A stretch of 64,000 bases of DNA, from the NCBI RefSeq assembly GCF_009914755.1, contig NC_060928.1; one strand, given 5' to 3'. The DNA is from the human T2T-CHM13v2.0 reference genome, Homo sapiens. Position numbers and translations under genes: made by a program. The notes beneath the pieces are model-generated. The model ran no database searches and was not told the origin of the DNA. It saw only the letters and a program-made list of their open reading frames with translations. Shown here piece after piece: positions 11,311-23,509 of this stretch (its first letter is position 1; every line of letters starts with the position of its first letter).

Positions 11311-12817
11311 ACTCCCAGCATCTAGCACAGAGTTTCTAGTATCTAACAGAGTGCCTGGCACAAAAATACTCAAAAAATATGTGTTGAAGAAATGAATTTT
11401 ATAAAGGTGCTTACTATCACTGCTATTTTACTGCTGATTGATTTGTCATAGAGTCTGGATCATAACAACAAATTCAAGTACATTTGATTTTTCAGGATGA
11501 TTCATAATCTCTGAGTTAACTCTTTAGAGGAGAGAAGATACTCAATTTTGCTTACTTTTATATTAAATTATGCTAATCTGCATGAAATCAATTTACTTTA
11601 CAAACACTGAGTGCCCACTGTGTGCCAGCCATAGTGCTGGGTATAGAGGGTGAATAACTTCTATCCTTAGAAGCTTTGGGATTAGTTGAGAAGGGTCAAT
11701 GTATGGAATAATTGCAATAGAATCCAGTGTATGTGATAGAAGTTGTAGCCCAGGTGCCACGGTACTAGGGTAAGAGGCTACAACACTTTTATCAGACACT
11801 AAAGAATGCAAGTTGGAGGAAACATTTTAGGCACCAGATGAGTTGGGACTCTGCAGTTTGACACATGATAGAGAATGTTGGGTACTTGTGGAGTGGGTAC
11901 TGGTGTACGGATGAAGGGAGACTATAGTAGCATCAGAGTGGAGGTTATCAAGGCCTTGAACGGCGCTTGGAGTAGAACATGATTGGTTTCTATTTTAGAA
12001 AGATTACTTTGGGGGTCCTGTGGAAATAGACCGTGTGCAGGGATACCCATTAGGAGGCTTTTGAGGTAGCTCAGGTAAAGGATGTTAACAGCCAGAATGA
12101 AGGCAGTGGGAAACAGAGTTGGTTATATAACCAAATAGGAGCTAGTGTCTGATTATATATGGATGGTATGAGAGAGTTATATATTGATAATAATGCTGAG
12201 GTTTCTAATTCAAACACTAATAGGAAACAGAGTCTATAAAGCAGGTTCAAGGGAAAGTTCCATTTTGAATATATTGATTTTGATATGTCTTTGTGATACC
12301 CAGGTGATTGTGTTTAGAGCAGAAAATTTATATATCTCAATAAAGAAGTCTTATATGAATATTTTTTAATTAGTTATGTGAGCCTCAATCACTATTAAAT
12401 TTGAGGTCGCTTACAGCAAGAATCAACAAGAAAGAAGTGGTGAAATGAAAAACAAGAGCAAGGAAAACGTAATTTCTTAGAGGAGCTATATAAGTTAGAA
12501 TAAAATGCAGACTCTTGAGGATTTGAGCATAATTTGCACATAGGCTAGCATTGAAACTTCCTGGCTTAAGGAAAGAGCGGGTAGGGGGTGGGAAAGGTGA
12601 GAGAATGACAGTCTTTCTTTGGAAGCCTTTAGAGAGGAAAGCAAGGTTTCATTTAAGCTATGAAAAAAGATACAGATGTGGAGAAACTAGATGCTGTTTG
12701 TACGCATGCAGGAAAATTAAGTAAAACTCACTCTGGACTTTTATTGGCTTCTTCCTCTAAATAGTTGGGAAGATGCAATTGGAGATCCTATTAAATTCAC
12801 TCTATCCAAGTGATCTA

Positions 12818-13186
<369 letters not shown>

Positions 13187-13192
13187 TATTGA

Positions 13193-13515
<323 letters not shown>

Positions 13516-14984
13516 CATCCTTGACATTTTAACAAACGACTCGAAGCTAGTATGATCTCATACATCATTCATTAACCATTTTTTTTTTGTCATGTTAACC
13601 TTCCAGACTATCCAAGAAGCCTCAGCTTTGGGGAAAGTGAGCTATAGTATCAGAGTTGAGTGAAATGATGCAGAAGCCACCCAGACACCCAACAAAACTG
13701 GCTTCAGTTGATGGAATTATCTTGGCTCTAGAAACCTAATATAGAGGCTAGTCTTGATTCAAGTAAGAATGTTGCAATCAAAACCCTTGATAAGAATCTC
13801 TTGGGGCTAAAAGCAGTTTCCTTTATATAACATTGGTACTTTTGTTAACAGTAAATAATTTATCTTCAGGATGTTTATTTCCTTAATAAGACCAGGCTTT
13901 TTATTCCATATAGTCAGATAATGTTTTTAGAATTGGGAAATTTATGGCAGATCATAAAGCAGATTTGTTAGCCCAGCTGATTTCCCTTCCCTCCTGGTTT
14001 TGGGGATTGCTTTATAACATTGTAGATGCGTGTGAGTACGTATGTAGATACATACGTAACCTTTAGTCTTTCAAACAATGTCTTAGCTTTTGCATTAAGT
14101 TTCAGACAAGATAATGTGTGCATCATTTGTTAGAAGCTAACAATGGGATAGGCAAGCATCCTGAGGAAGGGGAACATTCAGAGTGTCCTCATCCTCTGCT
14201 GAGTCATCATAGTGCTCTGTGAGTATGATACAGTGGCTGGGGAAATGAATGACCTAGTGCAGGAATAGGCAATTGGCAATGTAGTCTGCAATTGAGGCAG
14301 TGGCCAGAACTGCCTTATTACTCCTTTTCATATCTTTGTCAAGTTATTTCTCTTAGCATATTTTTTGTCTCTGTCTTTTTTGTTCTCTTTCTGAGTCTGA
14401 ATTTTTCTCCCTTTCTGTTTCTCCATTTCTCTCTCCCTGTCACTCTCACTGTCTTTCTCCTTATTCAACAGACATTTCTTTGAATCAACAATTGAATTGA
14501 CTCAACAGTTGTGGGAGAAACTGCAGGAATAGTAAAATATAACACAGTTTGTTTAGGGTGATAAGCTGTATCCAGATGCAACCATAAATGGAATATGAAG
14601 ACTAAATTGGGTGGTTGAATCTGAAGGCGTTCAGAGAAGTCAGCTTGGACAGATGCATCTGGGAGGACAGATATGGGATAGAGCTAAGTTTGGAAGCCTA
14701 CTAAGATTTGGATACTAGAAAGTAGAGAAGAGGATATAAACATGAAAGGTGCTCTGTAAAGGGATGGAAAAATCTGAGTTGTCGTTTCAGACAGAAATTT
14801 TGATTGCATTTTACTGTGTTCAAGATGTACAGAACAGCTTCTGTACTAGGTAGAAATTTAGATTTCGGTTTTTCAGAGTACTCATTGAATACACTGTGAA
14901 CTCATCCATGCTACTTTAGGCACTGATGTATATGTCTGTGTCACTCAGTGACAGGCAGGAGACCCTGTTGCTGTCACAGTTACC

Positions 14985-15230
14985 TGTTTGTCTTTGGGCT
15001 GCTGTAAAAAAGTACGATAAACTGGATGGCTTATAAACAACACAAATGTATTTGTCATGTTCTGGAGGCCGGAAGTCCAAGATTAGGCTGCCAGCATGGT
15101 TAGGTTCTGGCGAGGGCCTTCTTCCACGTTGCAGACTGCTGACTTCTCGTTGTATCCTAGCATGGTGGAGAGCAGCGTTGGGAAGCAAGCTCTCATGACT
15201 CTTATAAGGACACCAGTCCCATTCATGGTT
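14985..15230 (-). mobile_element. MaLR LTR fragment (MLT1-like)
   Basis: tttgggctgctgtaa...ggcttataaacaaca...ttctggaggc...aagtccaagat MLT1 signature. Confidence 0.7.
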
Positions 15231-16269
15231 ACTGCTGTACTCTTTACTATAGCTGTTTTGGTTAGGGACCACCAGAAAAAGACATGAATGAATTTTTTTT
15301 TCTTTTCATTTTATGCTGCACAAAATAGAAATCTTACCAACAAAGTACATTGAGGTCCTGGTAAGAAAGGCTGTATGAAGTTGTAAAAGATTGATCATTA
15401 TAGTCATTATTTCCTTGGCTATATGCCATAATGTAGTCATTAGCAGTCCTAAATTATATGACTAAGAAAATGAAATAGCTGTAAGAAGAATACCTACTGG
15501 CCTTTTAACTTAGGCAGTTGTATACACAGATACTTCTGGCATTGAGGCTGTTTTTGTTAACAGTAAGATATTTGCTGGCATTGCTGCCCCAGGGGAAAAT
15601 GCCAGAGGAATACCAATTCTGTATTCATAATTTATTCCATTTCATTTGGTTTTAAAATGCTTTCTATCCTTGGACAGAACCTACACAGTCAAATGAGTTG
15701 TAGGCATCCAGGTAAAAGAACATCTGTGGCTGATTACTGGTGGCTGCATCATAGACAAATCTTGCCACCAGCTGGTAGTCACATCTGGATAATACTATAT
15801 CACATGACTACTCATGGTTAAGCATTTCTTATGGTCTATAATATGGTGTTAATTACCATTAGTGAAAAACCCATATGTCATTCTAGATTCCCTAAAATTT
15901 ACCTTAATTTGATGCAATCAAATTAAATGCAATTGCTGTCTTCCCATTTTCCCCATATTAAAAAAGAAACAGATGACACACACATGGGGCTGGGGGGTGG
16001 GGCAGTGGGGGGCAGAGAGTAGAGTAAAGAGATCACATAGTAAGAAATGCCAAACTTAAGGTAAGTGCTTCAAAGGGCATCTAGATTCCGTAGTGAGAAC
16101 CTGAGAATAAAACTCATGCATGACAAACACTTCTTGCTCCTTAAGATCTACTTCAGGACCGCTGGCAGACTTCAGTTGATCTTTCAGGATAGTTTCTGAG
16201 GGATGCAGTCTTTAAGATCTGCATTGTATTTGCACTGGACTATTACAGGAACTGCAGAATTAAAATGCC

Positions 16270-16460
16270 AGTAACACTTCTTGAGTGCTTACCATGCATC
16301 AGACACTATTTGAAATATTTTACATGTAAGACTCCCCATTTACTGAGGAGGAAACTGAGGCACAGACAGGCATAAGTCTCTTGTTCAACGTTACACAGCT
16401 AGAAGTCCAGGATTCTAAACCAGAGCCAGGATTCAAAGCCAGGTGGTTTGAGTTAGACTG
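16270..16460. mobile_element. MIR SINE fragment
   Basis: ccccattttac...gaggaaactgaggcacaga...ttgttcaacgttacacagctag...gagccaggattcaaa. Confidence 0.65.
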
Positions 16461-16580
16461 CGCTCCATGGGTACCAGCATATGGCCTCTCAGGGGCTAAG
16501 GCTGGGGCTCAAGAGTTCCCATCCTCCTTTCGCCCTAGGAAGAAAAATGACTTTGAAGACTTTGCTGTTTTTCGTTTCAG

Positions 16581-16593
16581 GCTGACTAGGTAA
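16581..16593 (+). CDS. HERC3: Candidate HERC3 alternative exon: 9-nt microexon (16581-16589) or start of an alternative terminal exon (RLTR-stop)
   Basis: Strong acceptor tttgctgtttttcgtttcag|G, same phase as the upstream exon ending AG; internal donor TAG|gtaatg; in-frame TAA at 16591-16593. Prediction only. Confidence 0.45.
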
Positions 16594-19309
16594 TGTTTTC
16601 AAAAAGCAAAATTGTAATAGTTAAAAACATAACTAATATACATATGGAATGGAATGTCTGAATTTTTAAACTTAGGTGAAGACAATGCTTATATTTAAAA
16701 TGCTATTTCAGAGTACTCATGAATGCCCTTAATAGTGACTGCCATGGTTTGCTATGTGAATGTGTATTTTTCTGTTTCTTCACTGTTGAATATTTGGCTT
16801 GTTTGTATGTTCTTTTTTATTCCTCTTTTTTCTCTTCCCCCCCACCACCATTTTTAATAAGACTATATCAAGTATCTTTTGTGTATAAAGGATTTTGTGC
16901 CTTTAAATTTGCTTTTTAATGATAAGGTCTCAGGGGTGAAATGGAATTAAAATGTATAACATTTGAATTTGTTGGTAGATATTTTTGATAAATTGATTTT
17001 GCTAATGAATTATACTCCCTTATATGTCATTATCACCATTTCATCCAGTCCTTAGAAACATGGTGTGTATTCTTTAAAAAAAAAGTTGCATTTCTTTCAC
17101 ACATAGGCTACTTTACATAGTCTACACAGTATTGATCTATTTTACTGCTGTTTACCTCTAAAATATTTGTTTAAAAAATGAATTAACTAGAAGGTGGTGG
17201 TTGCACAGCATTATGAATGTACAAAACGCCACTGAATTGTTCCCTTTAAAATGGTTAATTTTATGTTATGCAAATTTCACCTCAATAAAGTGTGTACATG
17301 TGTGTATATGTGTAAATGTGTCTATGTGTATGCATTGAGTGTACATTCTCAGGCAGAGAGAGCTGCCATGCCATTTTTCACAGTAAGCATCGGCATGCCA
17401 GTTTTCTGCGTAATACTCAGAGAGTTGGTTGAGTGTGTATTGCATGCTTCCTTTCTTTCTGCCAGTTATTTTGTGCTTTGTTGACTAATTTTGGCCTATA
17501 ATAGGTTAAAATGGTTTATGAATGATAGTGTTTGACCTACCTTGAAGCAAGGGTATCCTGTTAGATGTTAACATGCAGGTTTTAGGGTTGCCAGAGAAAC
17601 TATCAAATAAGCAGTCCAGGAAACAATATAAAGATTAGCCCAGTTAGGAAGTGGCAGAAATCGCTTGACGTCACAAACATCCCTGTATCCTTAGAGAAGT
17701 GGCCAACAATTCTCTAAGCTAGAAAACCCCACAGCTAAAATCTTATCATAAACAAAAGAAAGATTGCTGGCCAGAGCACATAGCTAGGAACACTTGTCTC
17801 TAGACCCTGCCAGAGCCCCGGCTCACCTAGTGCTGCAGGTTCAGGAACACGCAGCATTAGGTGAGTTCTTTCTGCCTCAGGCAGGGTTTGCAGTCTTTCC
17901 TCTTTTTAGAGACTCTGCTGATGTCCTTTATGTATTTCTCTAGTAGGACTTAATAATTTTCATATGATTCATAGGAACTCTTCATTATGTTTATGACTAT
18001 TAACCCTTTGCCATCCATATTTATTGTAGGTTTTATCCTCTGTTTTTGGTTTTGAAAATGTAGAGTGTGTCTTTAACTCTGTGATTTCTTAATTTTTGTG
18101 TTGTCATGTGTGTTATTTCTTTTGGTCTTATACCACTCTAATCCTAGCCATTCCCTGTCCAGTAATTGATATTTAATATATTTTCTTCAGTTAGTCTGTA
18201 GTCTGAGGTAAAAATCTAAACTGTTTCCAAATTGCTAAAGGTTTTCTTAGCTGTTCTTAAGGTGAACATTATGGTAATTATATTAGGTTCCAGATCCAGT
18301 TTGAGTTTTGATTAGAATTGTGATAAAAGTTAATTTGGGAAGAACTGACGTTTTTGTGATATTCAGTCTTACTATCCAAAGGCTTATGTTATGTTTGTTT
18401 TTTATTTTTACATAGGTCATACACATTTCTTATTAGAGGTTTTATAAATGTTTTGATTTCTTATTTTTACTCTGAGAGCCTTTCACATATATTTTGATCA
18501 TTATTAGTGCCTATAAATGGTTATTGGTTTTTGTGTATTTATCTGATAACTGGTCAGTTCATCAAACTTATTAAATTGAATTGTTTTCCAGTTGATTCTC
18601 TTGGGTTTTCTATATGTAAAAAACATTTCCCAATACTTATGCCTCTTAGTTGTGTTTCAATCGTTTTTGCTTTTTACTGGAACCAGAAAAATAGTAAAAT
18701 GATAGTCTCTCTCATTCCTGGATATAAGAAATCAATATTAAATTTTATTAGATTTTTTCTCTATTAAGATAATCATATGATTAAGATAATCAGAACTTTG
18801 TATGTAACGTATTATTCTGATTTTCTCTTTTGGTTGGCCTGAGCATAATGAAGATTAACTTTACCTTAAGGTTGTTTGTACTCAACAATCTGTTGTGATT
18901 AGCAACAGGTCAGTGCTGCCTTCCATTCCCTAGGATAAAGCAATATAATTTTGCTTCTTTGTAATTTTAACCCTTCAGGGAAAAGGAAGCAAATGGCATC
19001 TGATTTTTTAATTTTTCTGGAGTCCAGTTTTTAAAAAAAACTTTCTGCTTCATTCAGAATGAAGCAAACATAAAGTTGAAATAGCCTTTTTTATCCTTTC
19101 TGGGAGATGATAAAAACCTGATATTATATTGAGGAAACCAAAACAAGATAGTTTATTTAATTTCCTGCATTTCTGAATTAAAGGCCACATTCTTCTCTCA
19201 TAATAAGGAATCAAAAACATAGGGAGGGATGTAGTGATGTCTCTTTCTCCCATTTTGTAACAGGAGAGGAGGATTGAATTTCCAATCACTGTCTTTATCT
19301 TTCATGTAA

Positions 19310-19540
19310 TAATAATAGCTAAGAATTATTCAGCACTTACCATGGTTTGGATGCTATTCTATAGGATTTATATGTATTAATCCATTTGCTCTTCATAGTA
19401 ACCCATGAGGAAGGGACTATTCCTATTCCCTTTTGTAGATGAGGAGAAACTGGCCACTGAGAGTATTAGCTGAGTTGCCTAAGGTACATTACTAATAGGA
19501 GGCAGAGCTGGGATTTGAATGCAGGCAGTCACAGTACCGA
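19310..19540. mobile_element. MIR SINE
   Basis: aataatagctaag...ttttgtagatgaggagaaactg...agagctgggatttgaatgcagg. Confidence 0.6.
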
Positions 19541-19554
19541 GTCTTTTATATATA

Positions 19555-20843
19555 TTTTTTGAAAATACTGTTTTATTAACACCACAGTGATAAACAACTT
19601 TAAGCTTATGTTTCTTTATAGATCACTGGCTCACACATAATTCAAAACCCACACAGAAGCTAAGAGTCTTTACATTAAATATATTCTTCCTAAAAATCCT
19701 TACTGTATGCATCTGTCCTCAAGCAGTAAAATTTGATTATGCACCATTTTATAATTAATATGTCACATTTACATAGCAAAATAATGAAGGCACAGCTAAT
19801 ACAAGCAAACTTAAACCCTTTCTACTTCTGAGCTGGGGGTAGGGGCACACACTTGGATTGGTTCTTCAAGTATATATTTTTTCCAAACATTAGCTTCAGT
19901 GAAGAGTTCTGATGATTTTCACAGCTACACCCTAAAAGCTACATGACAGAAAGACGTCACAAGGCGCAAAGTACATAACGCTGGATACACATGCTTTACA
20001 TAATTTGCTACATTCTACATCTCTTCAAGTAAATTAATATTTCTAAAACGCTAGGTAAAGTGATTTAATACTTAAACATATTTGGGGTATTTTTTACGTG
20101 TTTGTAAATAGACAGTACTAAGAAAACACAAACATGAGATTGTAACTAATGAATACATATGTTGACAGTATTTTACAGGTTTTACACCCTCCTTCTTGGA
20201 ACCATGTTGTTTCTCTAAATTCAAATACTCAAAACATTTTTCAGAACTTGAAATGGCAGTTTTCCTGGCCTTATTAACAGTAGTGTCATGATCTCCATTG
20301 CAATCTTCCTCAATGCCATCAATCTCCTGTGAAGTGTAAAGCTGATGTCTGCGTTACAAAAGCAAAGTCTCAAAGATGACGTTTTTCTTGGGTTCTGCCT
20401 TCTCTGCACTGCGAAATGTCATGAGTAAAGAAATTTAAGAATTAAGCACTGAGAACGTGTTCAGTCATGGCTTGGGTGTTCCATGTGTAGCGTATGCTGT
20501 GTGATGAATGGGTTTCAAAGTGACGTTCTTTACTTCGCATCTGCTAACACCCTTTGTAAACCTCAATCCTCAGAGAAGAGACCATGAAAACATAATTTTG
20601 GGTTTAATTCAGTTTTCTTTAACACCTTTTGATATATTTATTATGTTCAAAATGAAAGTCAAATTTGAATCGAGCTGGCCAGGATCTAATTGCTTTAATT
20701 TAATCTATTTTAGGAATGTCAGAATAAATTCACATTGTATTTTGGTCAAAAACCTGAGCCTTTTTAAGTCCATCGATATTCTGGGAAAAACAAAACCAGG
20801 CTTTTTTCTTCGTGGGCTTTCTCTTCATCCATCTCTGCCCCCC
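19555..20843 (-). other. NAP1L5: NAP1L5 3' UTR
   Basis: AT-rich, repeat-free stretch between the stop codon and a minus-strand AATAAA; end approximate. Confidence 0.75.
19572..19577 (-). terminator. NAP1L5: NAP1L5 poly(A) signal AATAAA
   Basis: tttatt on + strand about 1.27 kb downstream of the NAP1L5 stop, at the boundary with the MIR. Confidence 0.7.
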
Positions 20844-21392
20844 TTACTTCTTGGCGTCATCAGGCATCTCGGCGTGGGCATCGTCATGTTTGGCCCCCGC
20901 GGCAGCCTCTGCCGCAGCCTCCTCCTCCTCCTCGTCTTCCCCCTCCTCCTCGTCATCCTCGTACTCCTCTTCCTCCTCCTCCTCCCCCTCCAAGGTCCAT
21001 GCACACCCCTCCATCTCGCCGGTGAGCTCTTGGATCTTGGCGAGTAGGGGCTTATAGATGTCATTATACTTTTTTTCCAGAGCCTGAAATTCCTTATCAA
21101 ATTTGGCTTCTATCTTATCGCATCGCTTCTGCAGCTTTTTGAGGGCCAGGACTCGGCATTTCACCGAATTAGGCAGGCTCTCGATAAAGTCATTTTTCGG
21201 CTTTGGGGCATTCTCTGCAGGGGTCTGGGGCTCCTCAGCCATCTGACCAGCCGCGCTGTCAGGGTCACCAGCCGCGCTGTCACAGTCTCCACCCTGCGCA
21301 CCGCCTTCCGCCATTACCTCCTCTGCCGCTGCCTCCGCCGCTGCCGCCGCCTGGCTAGGCTCCGCAGGCCCCTGGTTTTCCGAGTCGGCCAT
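20844..21392 (-). CDS. NAP1L5: Nucleosome assembly protein 1-like 5 (intronless imprinted retrogene), 182 aa
   Basis: ATG at 21392-21390; MADSENQGPAEPSQ...NDFIESLPNSVKCRVLALKKLQKRCDKIEAKFDKEFQALEKKYNDIYKPL (NAP domain helix), acidic tail, ...MPDDAKK-stop; 549 nt. Confidence 0.97.
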   Translation of the reverse strand: MADSENQGPAEPSQAAAAAEAAAEEVMAEGGAQGGDCDSAAGDPDSAAGQMAEEPQTPAENAPKPKNDFIESLPNSVKCRVLALKKLQKRCDKIEAKFDKEFQALEKKYNDIYKPLLAKIQELTGEMEGCAWTLEGEEEEEEEYEDDEEEGEDEEEEEAAAEAAAGAKHDDAHAEMPDDAKK

Positions 21393-21600
21393 GTTAGAGG
21401 AGAAGCCGCAGAGGTCTAGGAGGGCTCCCGCAGAGGCCCTGCACCCGAGCTGGTCCAGAGAGATCTTGCGGATGCGGCAAGTGGCGGTGACGTGCGGCCG
21501 CGGGAATGACGTTGGCCGCGGCCCCGCCTCCTGCTTTCGCGGCACTTGACTGGCTTCCCACTATCAGCTGACGGCCGTGTGCTCATACTGCACCAGATTC
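20850..21600. promoter_or_regulatory. NAP1L5: CpG island / NAP1L5 promoter, imprinted germline DMR
   Basis: High GC and CpG density; TGACGT half-CRE motifs at 21488 and 21507; GC box ccccgcc near 21522; six TGCCGC/GCGGCA motifs. Maternal methylation of this DMR is established knowledge. Confidence 0.85.
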
Positions 21601-22299
21601 CTCCTGTTGCTACCCTGACATCTTCTGGGCCCTCAACACCCGCCTGTTGGACAGACACCCTGTTCCCAGCCCACCCATGTACCCACCCCTGTAGAGCTGG
21701 GCTGGGAGTGTCAGTAGCTGCCCGAGGTGCTTCTTCAGGAACTGCATAGATGGCCTCAGACCATTTTCCGTGTGCTCCTCACCCCCATCCAGGCCCTTCT
21801 ACAAATGCCAGTGCATATGTCTTCGCTTTCCTCTGCATCTCTCTCCATAGCTGGCGTTTGATCACCTCTTAGATTCCTCCGCATTCCTCTCCATGCAGTG
21901 GAGGAACGGGCAAGCTGGCTCCATTCCACCCCTTTGGGGACCTGGGGTGCATGTGTGTGGATAGGGCAGCTTGCATATCCAAGCTCTGTACCTATGTGTC
22001 CACCCAACACCCCCTTGGCCATCCCACACACCTAGCGGCATATATCTTGGTGGCAAGGTCGTCTCTCAGCAGGACTCCCCTGGAAGCAGTTTTGGAGCCA
22101 TTTGGGTAGGAAATCTCAGAGCTCCCGGTGTCCTGGTGTGTGTTCTAGAAGATCCTACAGAATCTTTGGCCTGTGGGAAGGACTAAAGCTTGAGGAGGGC
22201 TGAAAAAAAGCAAGTCTTTCTAAAGCATGGGGCCCAGGGCCAAGGCCCCCTCTTATCTTGGTTAAAGCATGTGCCATCTATCCCACCCCGCTCACATTC

Positions 22300-23170
22300 G
22301 TCTTCCCTGCCTTCCCCCAACACCGTCTGCTTCCCTGCCTTCCCCACTATCTGTTTTCACACCTTTCCACACCACATCTTCTCCCTCCCTCCTGCCCCTC
22401 CCCCGCACTGACTTATGCCCCACCTTCTGCCCATCTTCTTCCCCGCCTTCTTCCCCACTCACTGCCTCCTTCCTCACCTTCCCCCCGCCGCACTGTCCTT
22501 TTCCCCACCTTCCTCACCCTCTTCTTCCCCACCCTCCTTACCCTCTTCTTCCCCACCTTCCTCACCCTCCTCACCCCCTTCTTCCTCACCCACTGCCTTC
22601 TTCCTCACCTTCCCCCCACCGAACTTTTTCCTCACGCTCCTCACCCTCTTCTTCCTCACCCTCTTCACCCTCTTCTTCCTCACGCTCCTCACCCTCTTCT
22701 TCCTCACCCTCTTCACCCTCTTCTTCCTCACGCTCCTCACCCTCTTCTTCCTCACCCTCTTCACCCTCTTCTTCCTCACGCTCCTCACCCTCTTCTTCCT
22801 CACCCTCTTCACCCTCTTCTTCCTCACGCTCCTCACCCTCTTCTTCCTCACCCTCTTCACCCTCTTCTTCCTCACGCTCCTCACCCTCTTCTTCCTCACC
22901 CTCTTCACCCTCTTCTTCCCCACCCCCTAGCCCCACCCTCTTCCCACCCACCCCCAGCCCCGCCTTCTTCTTCCCCACCCACCCACCCAGCCCCACCCTC
23001 TTCCTCCCCACCCACCCACGCAGCCCCACCCTCTTCTTCCCCACCCTGCCCACCATCTTCTTCCCCACGATCTGTCTTCTTCCCCACCTTCCCCCACGGT
23101 CTTCACCACCTTCCCCCAACCGTCTTCTTTACCCTGCTCACCATCTTCTTACTGGCTCACCATCTTCTCT
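22300..23170. repeat. Pyrimidine-rich tandem repeat with a core of six 48-bp units (22630-22917)
   Basis: Unit CCTCACGCTCCTCACCCTCTTCTT+CCTCACCCTCTTCACCCTCTTCTT; cacgct recurs at 22633, 22681, 22729, 22777, 22825 and 22873; degenerate flanks. Confidence 0.95.
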
Positions 23171-23509
23171 GCCTTCTTTCTCACTCCCATATATCATCTC
23201 TTTTGATGGCTACAGCTGCCTTGAGATTAGGAATGATGTTTCTCATTTTACAGATAGTAAACTTAGAAGCAAATACAGTGAAATCATCTTACTGCATGTA
23301 TCACTTAATTGGCAGATGCAGGGGCAGAAAACAGGCCTTTTGACCCCTATAGTATGGATGTTGTGACAGACTTTAAAAAAAAAATCCCACATTTTGGTTA
23401 AATTCATTTGACTAACTTAACTTGCTTAAAATATTTAGGGCATGTTCATCTTTCAAGATTTTTATTTTCCTGTCTCAACAGATCTTAAAACTTAGTGTTA
23501 AACCAGACT

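Noticed and set aside
20508-21100. Overlapping ORFs antisense or out of frame to NAP1L5
   Set aside because: Explained by the GC-rich, Glu-repeat-rich NAP1L5 CDS; no independent coding signal.
21393-21545. 51-aa N-terminal extension of NAP1L5 in the 233-aa ORF
   Set aside because: It begins at a non-ATG codon within the promoter region; the ATG at 21392 gives the known 182-aa protein.
22630-22917. Regularly spaced repeats resembling a CRISPR-like array
   Set aside because: Units are contiguous with no unique spacers, and the context is a mammalian intron; this is a VNTR.
22258-23366. Long ORFs (up to 365 aa) on both strands
   Set aside because: Artefacts of the stop-free C/T-rich tandem repeat; low-complexity translations appear in several frames.
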